DNA of 53,156 nucleotides, filler included, from Dirinaria sp. TL-2023a (Eukaryota), in the NCBI GenBank assembly GCA_051941275.1. It is 4 parts of 4 records of this genome, joined end to end, with 100 filler letters (N's around TTAATTAATTAA, not from the genome) between each part and the next. Parts side by side here need not be neighbours in the genome. Positions count along the whole stretch, not along the records: positions 26,661 to 39,863 come from JAVEBF010000704.1; positions 39,964 to 53,156 come from JAVEBF010000705.1; 2 more parts are not named here. One strand, 5' to 3'. The translations under genes and the position numbers were made by a program. The notes under the pieces were generated by a model that did no database searches, was not told the DNA's origin, and saw nothing but the letters and a program-made list of their open reading frames with translations. Of this stretch, positions 35,940 to 48,446 are shown piece after piece. Numbering within the stretch: the first letter of the stretch is position 1; every line of letters begins with the position of its first letter.

Positions 35940-38900
35940 ATGGCTCCGCAATCCCGGAATACCCCATTCCGGGCACAAGTTGGGTTGGTCCAACTCACTA
36001 ATTGCTTTGTGAATCTACCGGGCCCGTTGGTGGCTGTACTTGCTCAGACTGTGAGTAGTTTGGCAGACGCGAGCAAAGCAGCAGATTTGATGAGGTCCTA
36101 TAGGTCATTCAGAATGTTGTTGTTGAGTTGCGATATCATGATCTCGGCACTAATGACCCCTTGAAAGAAGGCGGCCCCCCAACTGAACGCTCTGCATTCG
36201 CCGGATGGACTGGCTTTGAAAGCAAGCGCAAGACTCCAGGGATCATTGGACGGGATAGCGGCAGAGGTAGCAAGGAAGACATAGCGGTCGTTGAGATATC
36301 CTCTGCATACGGCCGGACACTAGGACTCGTACAGGGTCAAAGAATCGGTATCAAGCTTCATGTGGACCCTCCACTGGCCCACACCATTCATATCGATCCA
36401 CTGACGCCTAGTGACTGGGAGAGTAAGACGGCTCAAATCCTTGGGAAAATGCAATACGCTAAACGAGCTCTAGTAATCCAATTGCACGCGGAATTTCTGG
36501 AGACGAATTTCCTCTCACAAATTCGAGCGCTGCCTAATCCTGCCTCTGCTAGCTCTTCTGAACAATCTCATCCGCTAGTTCTTCACATTACCGCAACATC
36601 TACTGTGAACATCGTCGTTGCCTCTCTAGCCCCCTCTCCACCAACTGATATTCCTTTCGCGAAGACAGCGCCTAATGCTGAAGTCATTGTTGCCCCAAAG
36701 ACGCGTCCGCGCTTGTCAGAGAAGAACCGGAGTCAGACTCGAAGTATCACAGGTACCAGTCGAAGAAGTGTCGGAGGTAGAAGTAATGCGAGTAGAGTGA
36801 AGAGCCATAACGGTGGAGAGCCAGATCGCAGAAGACCTGTATTTCTACGACCAATCGACAAGCAATTCTGTGACGAATGTTATGACCATGAAGTAGATGA
36901 AGCCGCTCCAGCCCTTGCAATTTGGGTTGACCGTGATGTGCTTGCAGACAAAGCGCTCAAGGGTCTGGACTGGGTTACAGTGTCTCTTGTCAAGCCTGCC
37001 GGGCTAGAGCCACGGCTCGATCCGCAAGAGCAGCAGAAAGAACCTGACCAGAAAACAGGTGACGCAAGCAGGCAGGCAACGCGTGTTATAGCAAAGCTGA
37101 TATCATGTGATTGGGTACCTGAAGAGCGGCATGCAGTGCTATCATCTAGACTTTGCAAGACACTAGGAACAGAGGGGCTGCTTGGAGGCCTTGTCCGAAT
37201 CGAGGCTGCACCGCCACCGATAGCAAAAAGCGCTATAAGAGCGTTGAAAATAAGGCCTTTCGCTGTCGAGGAACAGTCTCAACGCATTGGCCTAAGGCTT
37301 GGAGGAGTCAAGGATGTACAGAATGAAGCTGTCGAAGCTACCGTCAAAAGACTATATCTGGGCACAAGCGAATCGAGTCCGGGTATTCTCGATGGTCCTT
37401 TGACAAACGGCCTGTTGTTACCTGAACCTGCACAGCCGGCCGTTACGGCGCAGTGGCAAGGGGGCATACTATATTTTGACCTTTATCATAATGATCCGAG
37501 CCGCGAAAGCCACGAAAACGAGGGACTGAGCTGGGTGATTGGCCCAGTACCAAATGTAAATTTTGAACTACAACCGCAAATACCGAATCCCTTAACGAAT
37601 CACAGTTCAGCTCATCCTCAGCCCGCATCGATGCCACTTGAGCCGCCTTTAATGATTGGTGTTGCCAGCATCATCGACGAGCTAACATCTCACCTTTCTC
37701 ATCATTCTTCTGTGGTCTTGACCGGTGGTCTTGGATCTGGCAAGACATGCATGGCCCAGTTTCTGGGGCTTAAGCTCCGCTCGTCTCATCTGTTCCACAT
37801 CTCATATTTCCCATGTCATAAACTTGTGACCGATGAAACACGCGTTTCGGCGATCAAAGAAACCCTACACAGGGTTTTCAAGGCAGGCTCTTGGGGTGCT
37901 TGCCACGGGGGCCAGGCACTGGTTGTTCTTGATGACATTGACAAGCTATGTCCTGCGGAAACAGAGCTTCAAGTCGGTAATGATAACAGTCGGAGCAAGC
38001 AAGTCAGCGAACTCGTCAGCTCCGTGGTACGCCAGTACTGTACTATAGATACAAACGTGGTACTTCTTGCCACTGCACAGAGCAAAGAGTCGTTGAACAA
38101 TGTGATTGTTGGAGGCCATCTGGTGAAGGAGTTTATACACCTGAAGGCACCGAACAAAGACAGTAGGAGGCAGATCCTTCAAGGACTTTCTGGTGTGCGG
38201 GCTGGGACCGAGGTCGCAATAAATGGAGTCAATGGACATTCGCGGAACAGCAGTAGTGGAGACAGTGCTGCTTGGATGGATGGCTCAGTACCAGATTTTC
38301 CAGGTTTCCTCGGAGATCCAGCAAAGTTCACTGTCAGTCGTGATGTCGACTTTCTAGATCTCGCTGGTCAGACAGATGGGTACATGCCTGGGGATATCGT
38401 GCTCCTAATATCGCGAGCCAGGAGCGAAGCTTTGATTCGCTCTGTCGAATCTGGTCCAGACGTGAGAGACTCGAGCGTCATGCTGAGCAAAGAGGACTTT
38501 CAACGCGCGCTTGAAGGGTTTACGCCAGCTTCTCTGCGAAATGTTACCCTGCAATCCTCGAAAACGTCATTCGACTCGATCGGCGGCCTTCGTGAGACTC
38601 GGAAGATTCTTCTTGAAACCCTTCAGTACCCTACCACTTACGCTCCCATCTTCGCACAATGTCCTCTCAGATTGCGATCAGGGCTACTACTCTACGGATA
38701 TCCTGGATGTGGCAAGACACTTCTTGCAAGCGCGGTAGCCGGCGAATGCGGTCTCAATTTCATCAGTGTCAAAGGACCCGAGATCCTCAACAAATACATC
38801 GGTGCAAGCGAGAAGAGCGTCCGCGACCTCTTCGAGCGGGCGGAATCTGCAAGGCCGTGCGTGTTGTTCTTTGACGAATTTGACAGCATTGCACCCAAAC

Positions 38901-39772
38901 GAGGTCATGATTCTACTGGTGTAACAGATCGAGTAGTCAACCAGCTGCTGACGCAGATGGACGGTGCTGAAGGGCTCACAGGGGTTTATGTGCTTGCCGC
39001 CACTAGCCGACCAGACCTCATTGATCCAGCGTTGTTGAGGCCGGGTCGGCTGGATAAGTCGATCATCTGCGATCTGCCTAATCTAGAGGACAGGCTAGAT
39101 ATTCTGCGGGCGCTAAGCAAGAAATTGAAGATGAATCCGAAAATTCTCGAATTTAACAAGAATCCGCGCAGGACTCTGCTCGAAGTCGCGGACCGAACGG
39201 AAGGCTACTCAGGAGCGGATCTACAGGCTGTCGTGTACAATGCACATCTAGAGGCGATACACGATATCTTAGGAGACCAGAAGACAGAAGAAGCTTTAGC
39301 TAATGGTCCAAAGCCCCAAGAGCGTCAAAAAAGGGGGGTCCGCTCATCTCAGCACCGAAACTTCCTCCAATTCCCCTATCGCCAGGAGCCGCCAGCGGCG
39401 GAAGGCCAATCTCACCCGAAGAAACAGCTGGTAGACAACGCAACCATCATCGCGAAACTCGACGATCTAAAAATCGCAAGACGGAGGGAACGGCAGATGC
39501 GTCGTCGTCGCGGCGAAGAAGACCCACGGCAGAACGCAAGGAACGATGACAGCGGCGGCGGTCCTATCAAACCTGCCGCGCAACAAGAAGAGGCCGTCGT
39601 GATCCAGTGGAAGCACGTCGAAGCATCGCTCCGCACGACGAGGAGCTCGATCAGCGCGGACGAGAGGAACCGGCTCGCACGCATCTACAGGGAGTTTGTC
39701 GTGGGCCGGAATGGCGAGATGCAGCAGGGCGAGGGTCCCAGAGAGGTTGGAGGGAGAAGTAGCCTGATGTAA
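35940..39772 (+). CDS. PEX1: Peroxisomal biogenesis AAA ATPase Pex1, 3 exons
   Basis: NCFVNLP, PLTPSDWEIIQLHAEFLE (after splicing), D1 GGLGSGKT, D2 LYGYPGCGKT, FFDEFDSIAPKRGHDSTGVTDRVVNQ, C-terminal GGRSSLM. Introns 36051-36103 and 36423-36473. Confidence 0.96.
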
Positions 39773-39863
39773 GTAGTGTAGTAGTAGTAGAAAAATGGGG
39801 CGAGTGAGAGGCTTTTTGGCAGTGATGTTGTTTAATTTGAAGATATTCACAATGCTATAATGC

Positions 39864-39963
39864 NNNNNNNNNNNNNNNNNNNNNNNNNNNNNNNNNNNNN
39901 NNNNNNNTTAATTAATTAANNNNNNNNNNNNNNNNNNNNNNNNNNNNNNNNNNNNNNNNNNNN
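39864..39963. other. Artificial contig-join linker
   Basis: N44-TTAATTAATTAA-N44. Confidence 0.97.
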
Positions 39964-40279
39964 TGTATATATACATATATATACACATGGGCCCTCGATT
40001 GAGGTTAGATAGGTACCTTAGGTACCTTAGCTAGTACATCATGGCACATGGGCATCGCAAATGCGAATAGCGAAGAATATGGTAGAGAGAGAGATATCAA
40101 TATCAATTCATCACAACATGCTACACACACCAATATCCTCATTCCCTCATGTTCCCAATCGGCGTCATTAATTTCCTACTACCCTGAGGTAAAGTCAAAA
40201 ACCCCTATCCTATCCTACTCACACCAAAACCCCGCACACAAACCAGAACTCATCTTCCCTCCGCGAAGCCAAAGATAAT

Positions 40280-43148
40280 TCACCGTCCCACAGCGGCGGC
40301 GGCAGCAGCTGCCCTCGTCCGTCCTGCGATCCCACCGCCGCCACCTTTTTTCCTCTGATTTTGCGCGTCTTCAGGGAGAAGAAGATCTTTGACTACTTCT
40401 CTCTTTGTATTATCTTCTTCTCGTTCATCTTCATCTTCCTCCTCCACAACACCCCCACCCATCTTCCTCACCACCCTCTCGCGCCACACTTTGCCCTGCG
40501 GATCCTCGTACCCGAGCTGCGTCAACTGCATCTCCTGCTCCCCTTTTCGTTCTTCCAGTTCGATTTCCTGCGCGTATTCCTTCAGTTTCGCGAAGGGGTC
40601 CTTTTTCGCGTTGATGCTGTTGCTGTTGTTGTTACTGACGACGACGGCGGCAGCAGGGTGTTGGAAAAGCGGAGGGAAGGAGCCGGATAGAGGTGTGCCC
40701 ACGCCGTCTGTGTTCAGAGTGTCGACGCTGCTGGCGCGGGAGACCGAGCGAGCGGAGAGATTGCTTGGGGCACGGCCGAGCAGTTCGCGCCGCCGCGGCC
40801 GACGGTGATCGCCGCCGCGAGCTGCGGCGCTGTGAGACGCGCGCTGGTGCGCGGCCAGGAGGGAGGAGATTGCCGGGCCGAGGGTGTCGATTTGGGACGG
40901 CGGTTCGGATGGCGGGTTGCTGTTGGACACGGGCTCGGTTGGAACGGGTTTGGGAGGGGATGGCGAGGGCTTGGGGGAGAGGTTGATGGAAAGGGGCTGC
41001 AGTGGGCCGTTGGAGGAGGAGGGTTGAGTGACTTGTTTTTGGGTTTTGGTAGGTTTCATCGATTCGTGGCTTCGTGTGGTGTTGCTGTTGCTGTTGCTGT
41101 CGTTGGCCGAGGAAAGGGACGGTGCGGGTTGCGCTGGATGCGTTTTGGAGCTTCGGAGATTGCTGCCGCCGGCTACTGCGTTACCATTGTTCTCGGTGGC
41201 GGATTGCTTTTCAGGCTGATCTTGCTTGTTGCTGGAGTCCGATGTTTCTGGATCGGCCGGTCGGCCGGATTGTTTGGGCCGACATGGTTGCGTGAGATAG
41301 GCATCAAACGGGAGACATCGGCCTTTGCGGATGCAGTCCCATAACCATGCAACGCTGACGGTGGGAACGTTCCACTGTGCTGCAGATACCCGCTTCTCGC
41401 TGTTTGGCAAGATTTTATTGCAAACCAGGACTGAAGTACTCGGAGTCAGATCCTCTGTGTGTTTGGCACCTTATAATGTTAGCTGGGATCACGACATGAT
41501 TCGAGGCCTGATCTACCCATCAATTGGATCGTTTTGGATGTATGGAGTAGGTCTACGTCTTGGAAGGCGGTCACGGAAATATTGAGTTTCTCAAAGCCTA
41601 AGATATGTCAACAGGAAATCATTTCACTCATTCGCCTCTTTCTTACCTGGGATTGGATATTGTTGGAAGGGACTGTTGGTGATATGGTCCCCTAGATCTA
41701 CAAACCTCTTACGGAGCAAGCATCTTTCTACCCACATTTCTGTTGCTACCAATGGCTGCTGAAGACGGCTTGAAATGGCCGGGACGTTTTTCTTGAGCAT
41801 CTGATGGGGCACCAGCAGAAAGTACGACCCGGTGGAATACTCGTTCGCTTGTGGAAGTTCGTGTTCGTGCGAGAGAATTCTACCTTCGTGAGAAAGTAGA
41901 TGATGTCGTAGGACAGCAGACTAAGGCGAGCGTTAGTCGGTAGTCGCATATTTTAAAGCTTCTTCAAAATACCCTTTTCTCGTCGAAACCATGTAAAAGA
42001 AAAGATTTTTCTGAAAATACCCCTCTTAGAGTCGCTTCCGGCTCAATAGGCTCAGGTATGCGTGCCACTACTGGATGGCCGTAAAATCTTTGCTCGTCGG
42101 ACGTCTCTGGAACATTTGCTGCATGACCTTCGCTCTGGACAGGCCGGTCATGATTGGCATCTTCATGCCACTCATTGTGCTTCACTGCTTCCTGCTTGAC
42201 GGATTCGCCCACTATATTCGTCCAGAGACCGGAATGTTCCGAGCTCAGCCTGGCGCTCGCGGTTCGCCTTAATTTTCTTGAATTCGTCCTCTCTAGGCCT
42301 ACCTCGCGAGGCCGCTTCCCTAGCAACGTCGTGGACACTGATCTTCGAATCCAAGCGTTTCGTCCCCGCTCTGCTGGCTGAAGGAGAGGGTGATAGAGGC
42401 TTTCGTCCAAGATCATGCCGCGCTCAAGGCTCTGCTGAAGCCATTCAATCGAAACAGTCTTGATTGCCCATTGGCGTGCATAGGTATACTTGTTGCCCGA
42501 GGGTTCTTTAGCAATCAGGTGAGTGACGTCTCGCGTAAGATTGCCTCTATAGTCAGCGCCGTTCTGGTTGATCAGGTCTTCGAGCTCTTGCCGGTAGATT
42601 ACTATGAGTCTTAGTATTCCCTCCGAGTACATCTTCTGGCCACCGACGTACAATCATCGAAACCTGTGACGCAGATCTTTAAGCCGGCCAAGGTGGGTAA
42701 TCGGTGCTCCTTCTCCAAAGCTTCAACATCGGTCTCGCCACCCTCCATCCACGACAAGCGCACAGCCTCCACCCAGCTCGGCAACAGACATTTGACATCC
42801 TCGCGCTCTTTTGCGACGAATTTATATTTCGGGGTGTCCGAGTCTCCCACAATCAAATGGGTAACATCGGAAGTGAGGTCGAGGTTATGGATAGCGCCCA
42901 TGCGGCAGGCGATGGATGCGAGGTCGGACTAGGCTGTAGATTTAGTGATTGTCGTTGAGTACGATTTTCAAGGGTTGCGCGGTAAGGAGGGGCCAAGATG
43001 ATTGACTTACGCGCTGTTCTGGAGGGATGGAAGTGCAGCATAGGACAACGCCTGACAAGGGGAATTGTGCCTTGTCTACATTATTTTCAGCCAATGGTCA
43101 AGGGCAGAAGCAGGACGTCAACATACTTCGGTCTCCATTGTTTGTCAT
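40280..43148 (-). CDS. DPB11: Multi-BRCT replication/checkpoint scaffold Dpb11/Cut5(Rad4)/TopBP1, 7 exons
   Basis: PLSGVVLCCTSIPPEQR, DLTSDVTHLIVG..TPKYK, LAGLKICVTGF, LTRDVTHLIA..GNKY..VSIEWLQQSLERGMILDE, VTEMWVERCL, VSVAWLWDCI, TQLGYEDP. Six GT-AG introns; start MTNNGDRNK at 43148. Confidence 0.88.
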
Positions 43149-45102
43149 ACTGCAGGCCAGAGGTCGAAAAGGTCATTGAATTCTTGTGGAGGATTGTTGG
43201 TGCCGTCGCGTGGAGCCGCCAAGAGATACGACAAAGCGGAAACACGTGACATATCTGAGGCCAACCAAACCATCTGCCAAGTAATTCTTACGTAATCGAG
43301 CTCATAGATGATCAAATCAACAACATGCCTCGGCTCATTCAACAATGCTTACGATTTCGAGGGAAACTTCTTGGAGCTCTTACGAAGCTTCTCAAGCACT
43401 CTTGAACGGATCCCAGCATCTACGAACTATTCGGCTTGGCATCGGTGACGCTGGATTGCGAATGGATCAGCTGAATGATGAATACTCTGGTTACATGTAA
43501 GGAGGGGTAATTTTGCATTGGCCATGAGCAAGTGGTGAAGACGCCGATCGATGTGAGCGGACTCGCTTTCCGGATGTTTCCGGACATCGAAACGCGTTCA
43601 AATGATTGTCGGTCTGTACTCCGTAGTGTAGCAGCCTCGCAGGGAGAGAAGGCACTGTACTCGTAAGGTACTTGAGGGAGTGGTTGGTAAGGGCACAAGC
43701 GGGCTATTCATCCGTTCTACGCTACGTAATGTTCATAATGGGTCATTTTTGCGAAAACTGCGGCCTTCGGGCCAGGGACCCTTCGGACCCGTGAGCCCGT
43801 CTTTCAATAATAATGAGGTCAAAACCAGGCTCGCCAGGATCTGCTTCTGACATCCAGGATGTGGGTGGTAAAGCCGAATCAAATTTGTGCCGCCAGCCGA
43901 AAGTCCGTACATGACGATCAAGCGATGATGATGAATGATCAATGCGATATACCACCACGTACCTTATTGCCGCACTTTGATACAAGCCATCTTGGTTGCG
44001 CATCTGACTTAATCAGCGGCTCGGAAGGCGTTGCTTACCCGTGTCTTCTTCACGGTTTCGACGGCTTTTCCCGCATGAGGCATAGTTTTCTAGCGTTTTG
44101 ACTGGAGATTGGAGAACAATCATGTCCCAGTTGATAGAAAAGCATGCAAACTCCCCTCTATCCACTATAGAAAAATTGCTAGATCCAGTTTCGTCAGTGT
44201 TGCTTCTGAGAGACTAGTACTCTCATTGTAAAAGGATCAAATCCAATTACTGTCCCAATCTAGACCGGATACGAACTCAAGGCTCAAGACGGAATAATAC
44301 CTAATGTCCTCGTGCCACATGGGTGATTGATTGACCCGATTTGGGCTGCGCCCATCACACCGCGTACGCAAGCCCCAACCCTCCACGCCATGAGGTTGCG
44401 CCTGCTTTTAACTAGTCTAATAAATCAAGGTCTGATGGGAAATAGTGCAAGAATCCAAGCTCTCCCCTCTCAGCTCTGCCATTCCCTCATTCATCATCCT
44501 TGCTGTCTTCTTCAAACACCACACCCATTTGCCAACGCAGCTCCCGCAGGCTGTGAGAGCGGCTAGCTGCGACGGCCCTGTGGCACGTCAGTGAGATTGG
44601 CTTCGGTTGAGCCTTGATCTGATATGAACACGCATGTTCCTCGACTTTTCGAGTACTATCTCGCAAGCTGTTCGGTCCTCTAGCACCGACAGAATATCGT
44701 AATTAGCATACTTGCCCCTCATCCGACAGTGTATCGTGTCTCCACGTCTGAGGAGCAAGCTTCTGTATGTTGTATTTGCTGCCCAACCATTATGAGTCTA
44801 CTTAATGACTGCTTACTCACCTTTGGGTCATCTTTTGCAGAATCCATCAATTTCCCCTTTCGCCGCCGCAGCCACGTCTATGATAAGCGTCTAAGACTTG
44901 TATCTTTGAAGACTCAAATACAAAGGTGAAACATTGTGGGAGAAGTTTGCCAAATAGTTGGACTTCGCCGAGTCAAAAGAGAACGTCGACGACTTTTTCG
45001 CTCCCTGCTATTTCCTGGGTTGGCTTACAACTCCGGCAATTGTGCTCAGACACCCTCGGGGCCATCTTAGAAGGGAGAGCAGCGTCCGGGACCTTCGCAG
45101 AT

Positions 45103-47284
45103 ATGACAGCAGTGGATGGAGTCAGAAATGGACATTCACGTGGCAATTCGCTCGTTGGAGGACCGATAAGTGGGGTACTACATCGTCCCTCACTGGCGGA
45201 AACTATAAGAACGGCTTCAGCAGCCACTCCACAATCAGCATCACTGAACTCCCCTGGAGCAACTCTGCCGAGTGCAATGGGTGAAGAGAAGCTACTGGCA
45301 TCTGCTAATGGGGTCTCTGTATCCATGGCGTTGGCCGAGCCAATGCTTTTTCTGCAAGGCTTCGATCAATCCGAGGTTGGCGATAGAGCAACAACAATGC
45401 TCAGGGGCACGCTCTCATTACGGGTTTCTAAGAGTGCGAAGATCAAGACAGTCTCACTGACATTCCGCGGTCGCGCCGAGACAGAATGGCCAGAAGGCAT
45501 ACCGCCCAAGAAAACCGAATTCAAAGATAAAGAGAGCATCATGAATCATACGTGGCCCTTTTTCAACGCTCAATTCCAGACGGCGGAGTACGGCTCGGGC
45601 GCTGATCAAGTGAAGCCTCTTAAAGGCCCATCGACCACCACTCGGGACTTGGGCTGCACCGATGCCCCCAGTATTGCCGCTGACTCCTTTAAGAAAGCAT
45701 CAATAGTTGCTGACGGTAATATGAGCGCCAGGGACGCGAGACGTCTGTCCTTACAGGCCAACCAATCGCGCAGCTTTGGTAAAGGCGACTCAGCAAATGG
45801 TGGAGCCACAGTGGCCCAGAAAGGTTATCGCACCTTTACGCCAGGCGTCTACATCTACAATTTTGAACTACCTATTGACTCACGTCTTCCCGAGACGATT
45901 GATGTGGAACTGGGCAGTGTCAAGTACGAGCTGGAAGCCACTGTTGAGCGGTCCGGCGCGTTCAGGGCCAATCTTGTTGGGTCCAAAGAAGTCACGTTGA
46001 TTCGCGCACCTTCTGAAGGCTCTTTAGAGCAGATTGAGCCAATCGCCATATCGAGGAATTGGGAAGACCAATTACTTTACGACATTGTTATCTCTGGGAA
46101 ATCCTTTCCATTGGGATCGCAAGTACCAATAGCTTTTAAACTCACTCCATTGGCCAAAGTGCAATGCCACCGAATTAAGGTTTTTGTAACTGAAAATATT
46201 CAATACTACACGAGCAATAAGCGAGTCCACAGGCTCGAGCCTACAAGAAAGATCCAACTGTTCGAGAAAAGAGCAGATGGACTCAGCACCAGTACCTATC
46301 CTGGGAGTTCCATGAGGATCACTGCTGGAGGCGGCGTAGCCTACGATGCCAGATCTGCCGCGGCGAGTGGAGAGGAGAACGTACCTCGGGATATGACGAA
46401 CCTATTAGGAAACCTAGAGGGAGGTTCAAACGTTGGACCGACGGAGATGGAGTTCAATGTTCAACTACCAAGCTGTCATTCCATGCGAGAAAGAGACAAG
46501 TTGGCAAGACTCCACTTCGACACTACGTATCAAGCGATCCAGGTGCATCATTGGATAAAGGTATATCAAAACCCGTGGTTGTATATTTGATTTAACAGTG
46601 CTAATGCCTTGCTTGTAGGTCGTCATGAGGCTTTCGAAGCCCGACGCTGCGGATCCGTCGAAGAGACGGCATTTTGAAATATCCATTGATTCTCCTTTCC
46701 ACATTCTCTCATGCCGCGCGACACAAGCCAACATCGCTCTTCCGGCTTATACCTCTCCCGAATCGACCACACTGCTGACCGAGCATTACGAGTGTGGCTG
46801 CCCTGGCGCGCCAAAGCGGCGCAACTCCCCATCATCAATGATGCCGCAGTCTCTGAACGAGCTGCGCAACAATGGAAACAACGATTCCTCCTCCAGTTTG
46901 AACAGTGGTCCTCAGCTTCCTCCCCCTGTTGCCGGACTGACACGCCCACAAGCGGCACACGTGCATGATCCCAACTCTGGCGTGAGCAGGCCAATGCATC
47001 TTCTCCGGAATCCATCGTTTAATCCACCTCCGTTTGAAGATGACGATCCTCCGCCGCCTCTCATGACGCCGCCACCCAAGTATGACACAGTCGTTGACAG
47101 TGATCCCAGAAGCGCCTTGGCAGACTACTTTTCTAGGCTGGCAGATGACGTTGGGGACGATGACGAGGAAGATGTCCTTCGGAGAACGAGGATGGAAATG
47201 CCACTTACACCGGGCGGTAGACTGAATCGGAGCATGGACGAGCGAAGAACTTGGCTACCACTTGGTCAAGCTATCGCGCAGTGA
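45103..47284 (+). CDS. Alpha-arrestin (Aly1/Aly2-, ApyA-like Rsp5/HulA adaptor), 2 coding exons
   Basis: LAEPMLFLQGF, TEWPEGIPPKK, YNFELP, WEDQLLYDIVISGK, HFEISIDSP, PY motifs LPAY and PPKY. Intron 46561-46618; probable 5'UTR intron 44765-44840. Confidence 0.88.
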
Positions 47285-48446
47285 GACAATGACGACTTCA
47301 CGAGATCACGAGTGAACGATAACGCATAGAGGACACAGGCTCAAGTAGTGTGGGAATAGCTAGCCGGGTTTCATATGGGCAAAAGGTTGTAGGATGTTTG
47401 GTCGGTCTATACAATTTTTTCGAGGGGCAACCTGTGTTGTATGTTTCGAGCAGCCTGTGAAGCTTATGCTCCTCTATTTCAAGGTATAATGAAGCGCTAG
47501 GGATATTCCGCATGGCGAACATTTTCTGTTCATATTTCTTCATGTAGGCGTGCTTCCTCCGATTCTTGGAGGTCTGAGACCGCAGAGGCAGCCGCGGACG
47601 CGGAGTCGCTAGAAATGATGCCGTCCACTATGACTGTGGCGCTTGGTTACTTCATTTTTGTATTTGTCAGAAACTCTGACAGCCAACCAACCAAAGTCAA
47701 TTGCAGATGCAGATGTGCCCAGCAACGACCTGAATCTAGGTGCCAGTCCTTGTTGATCATTGTTGATTCTTCTGTTGCTGGCTCTTCTGAAGGGGGTAAG
47801 GAGTAGTTAGTGCGTATGATATCTGGTCACGAGTCTAACTGTTGCCCCTCGAACGGAGTTTAGCTCGGAATCGATATCATAAGGTACTAGGCTCATCGGC
47901 ATCCCCACGTTTCGTCGCGCTGGTATCTGGAACTTGGTATTTTATGTCTGCGAGCCCATGAGCCTCAATTAATTTAATCCCGAGTTACAGTCACCTCCCT
48001 CCCTCTTCTTGACTCAGCGTTCTGAAGCTTGGGCGCCCAAGTCGTACCCTTCCTTGGAGGGTTCGGGTACGTCAGGCACCCCTTCCAAGTATCCACAGGT
48101 CCAGGTCTACAAGAGTCTTGAAATGAGATTAGACCCCCCCACACAAGGTTTTACTGACCACATCAAGCAGGCGTAGCTGCATCAGCATTTGTTGAAACCC
48201 CAACTTCACCGTCCGCCCCCTATCTATGCACCTAAGACCTGCTCCCTACTCCAAATCAGTATCCTTACTATTCGCTACGTTCAGACCAGTTCTTCTTTTA
48301 AGTAGACTCAATTGCTTAGCGGATACCAAATCAACAAATTCAGATATCGCCACCCTCTCCTATCTCAAACCCATTCACAATCCGTCAACCTGGCAGGCAA
48401 CAAGCGGAGGAGTATCTCCACTCAAGGAGGAGGGTTGCTGAATAGA

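Noticed and set aside
27114..43148. Replication gene cluster CDC6-MCM7-DPB11
   Set aside because: DPB11 is on a different contig across an artificial linker; only the CDC6-MCM7 linkage is real
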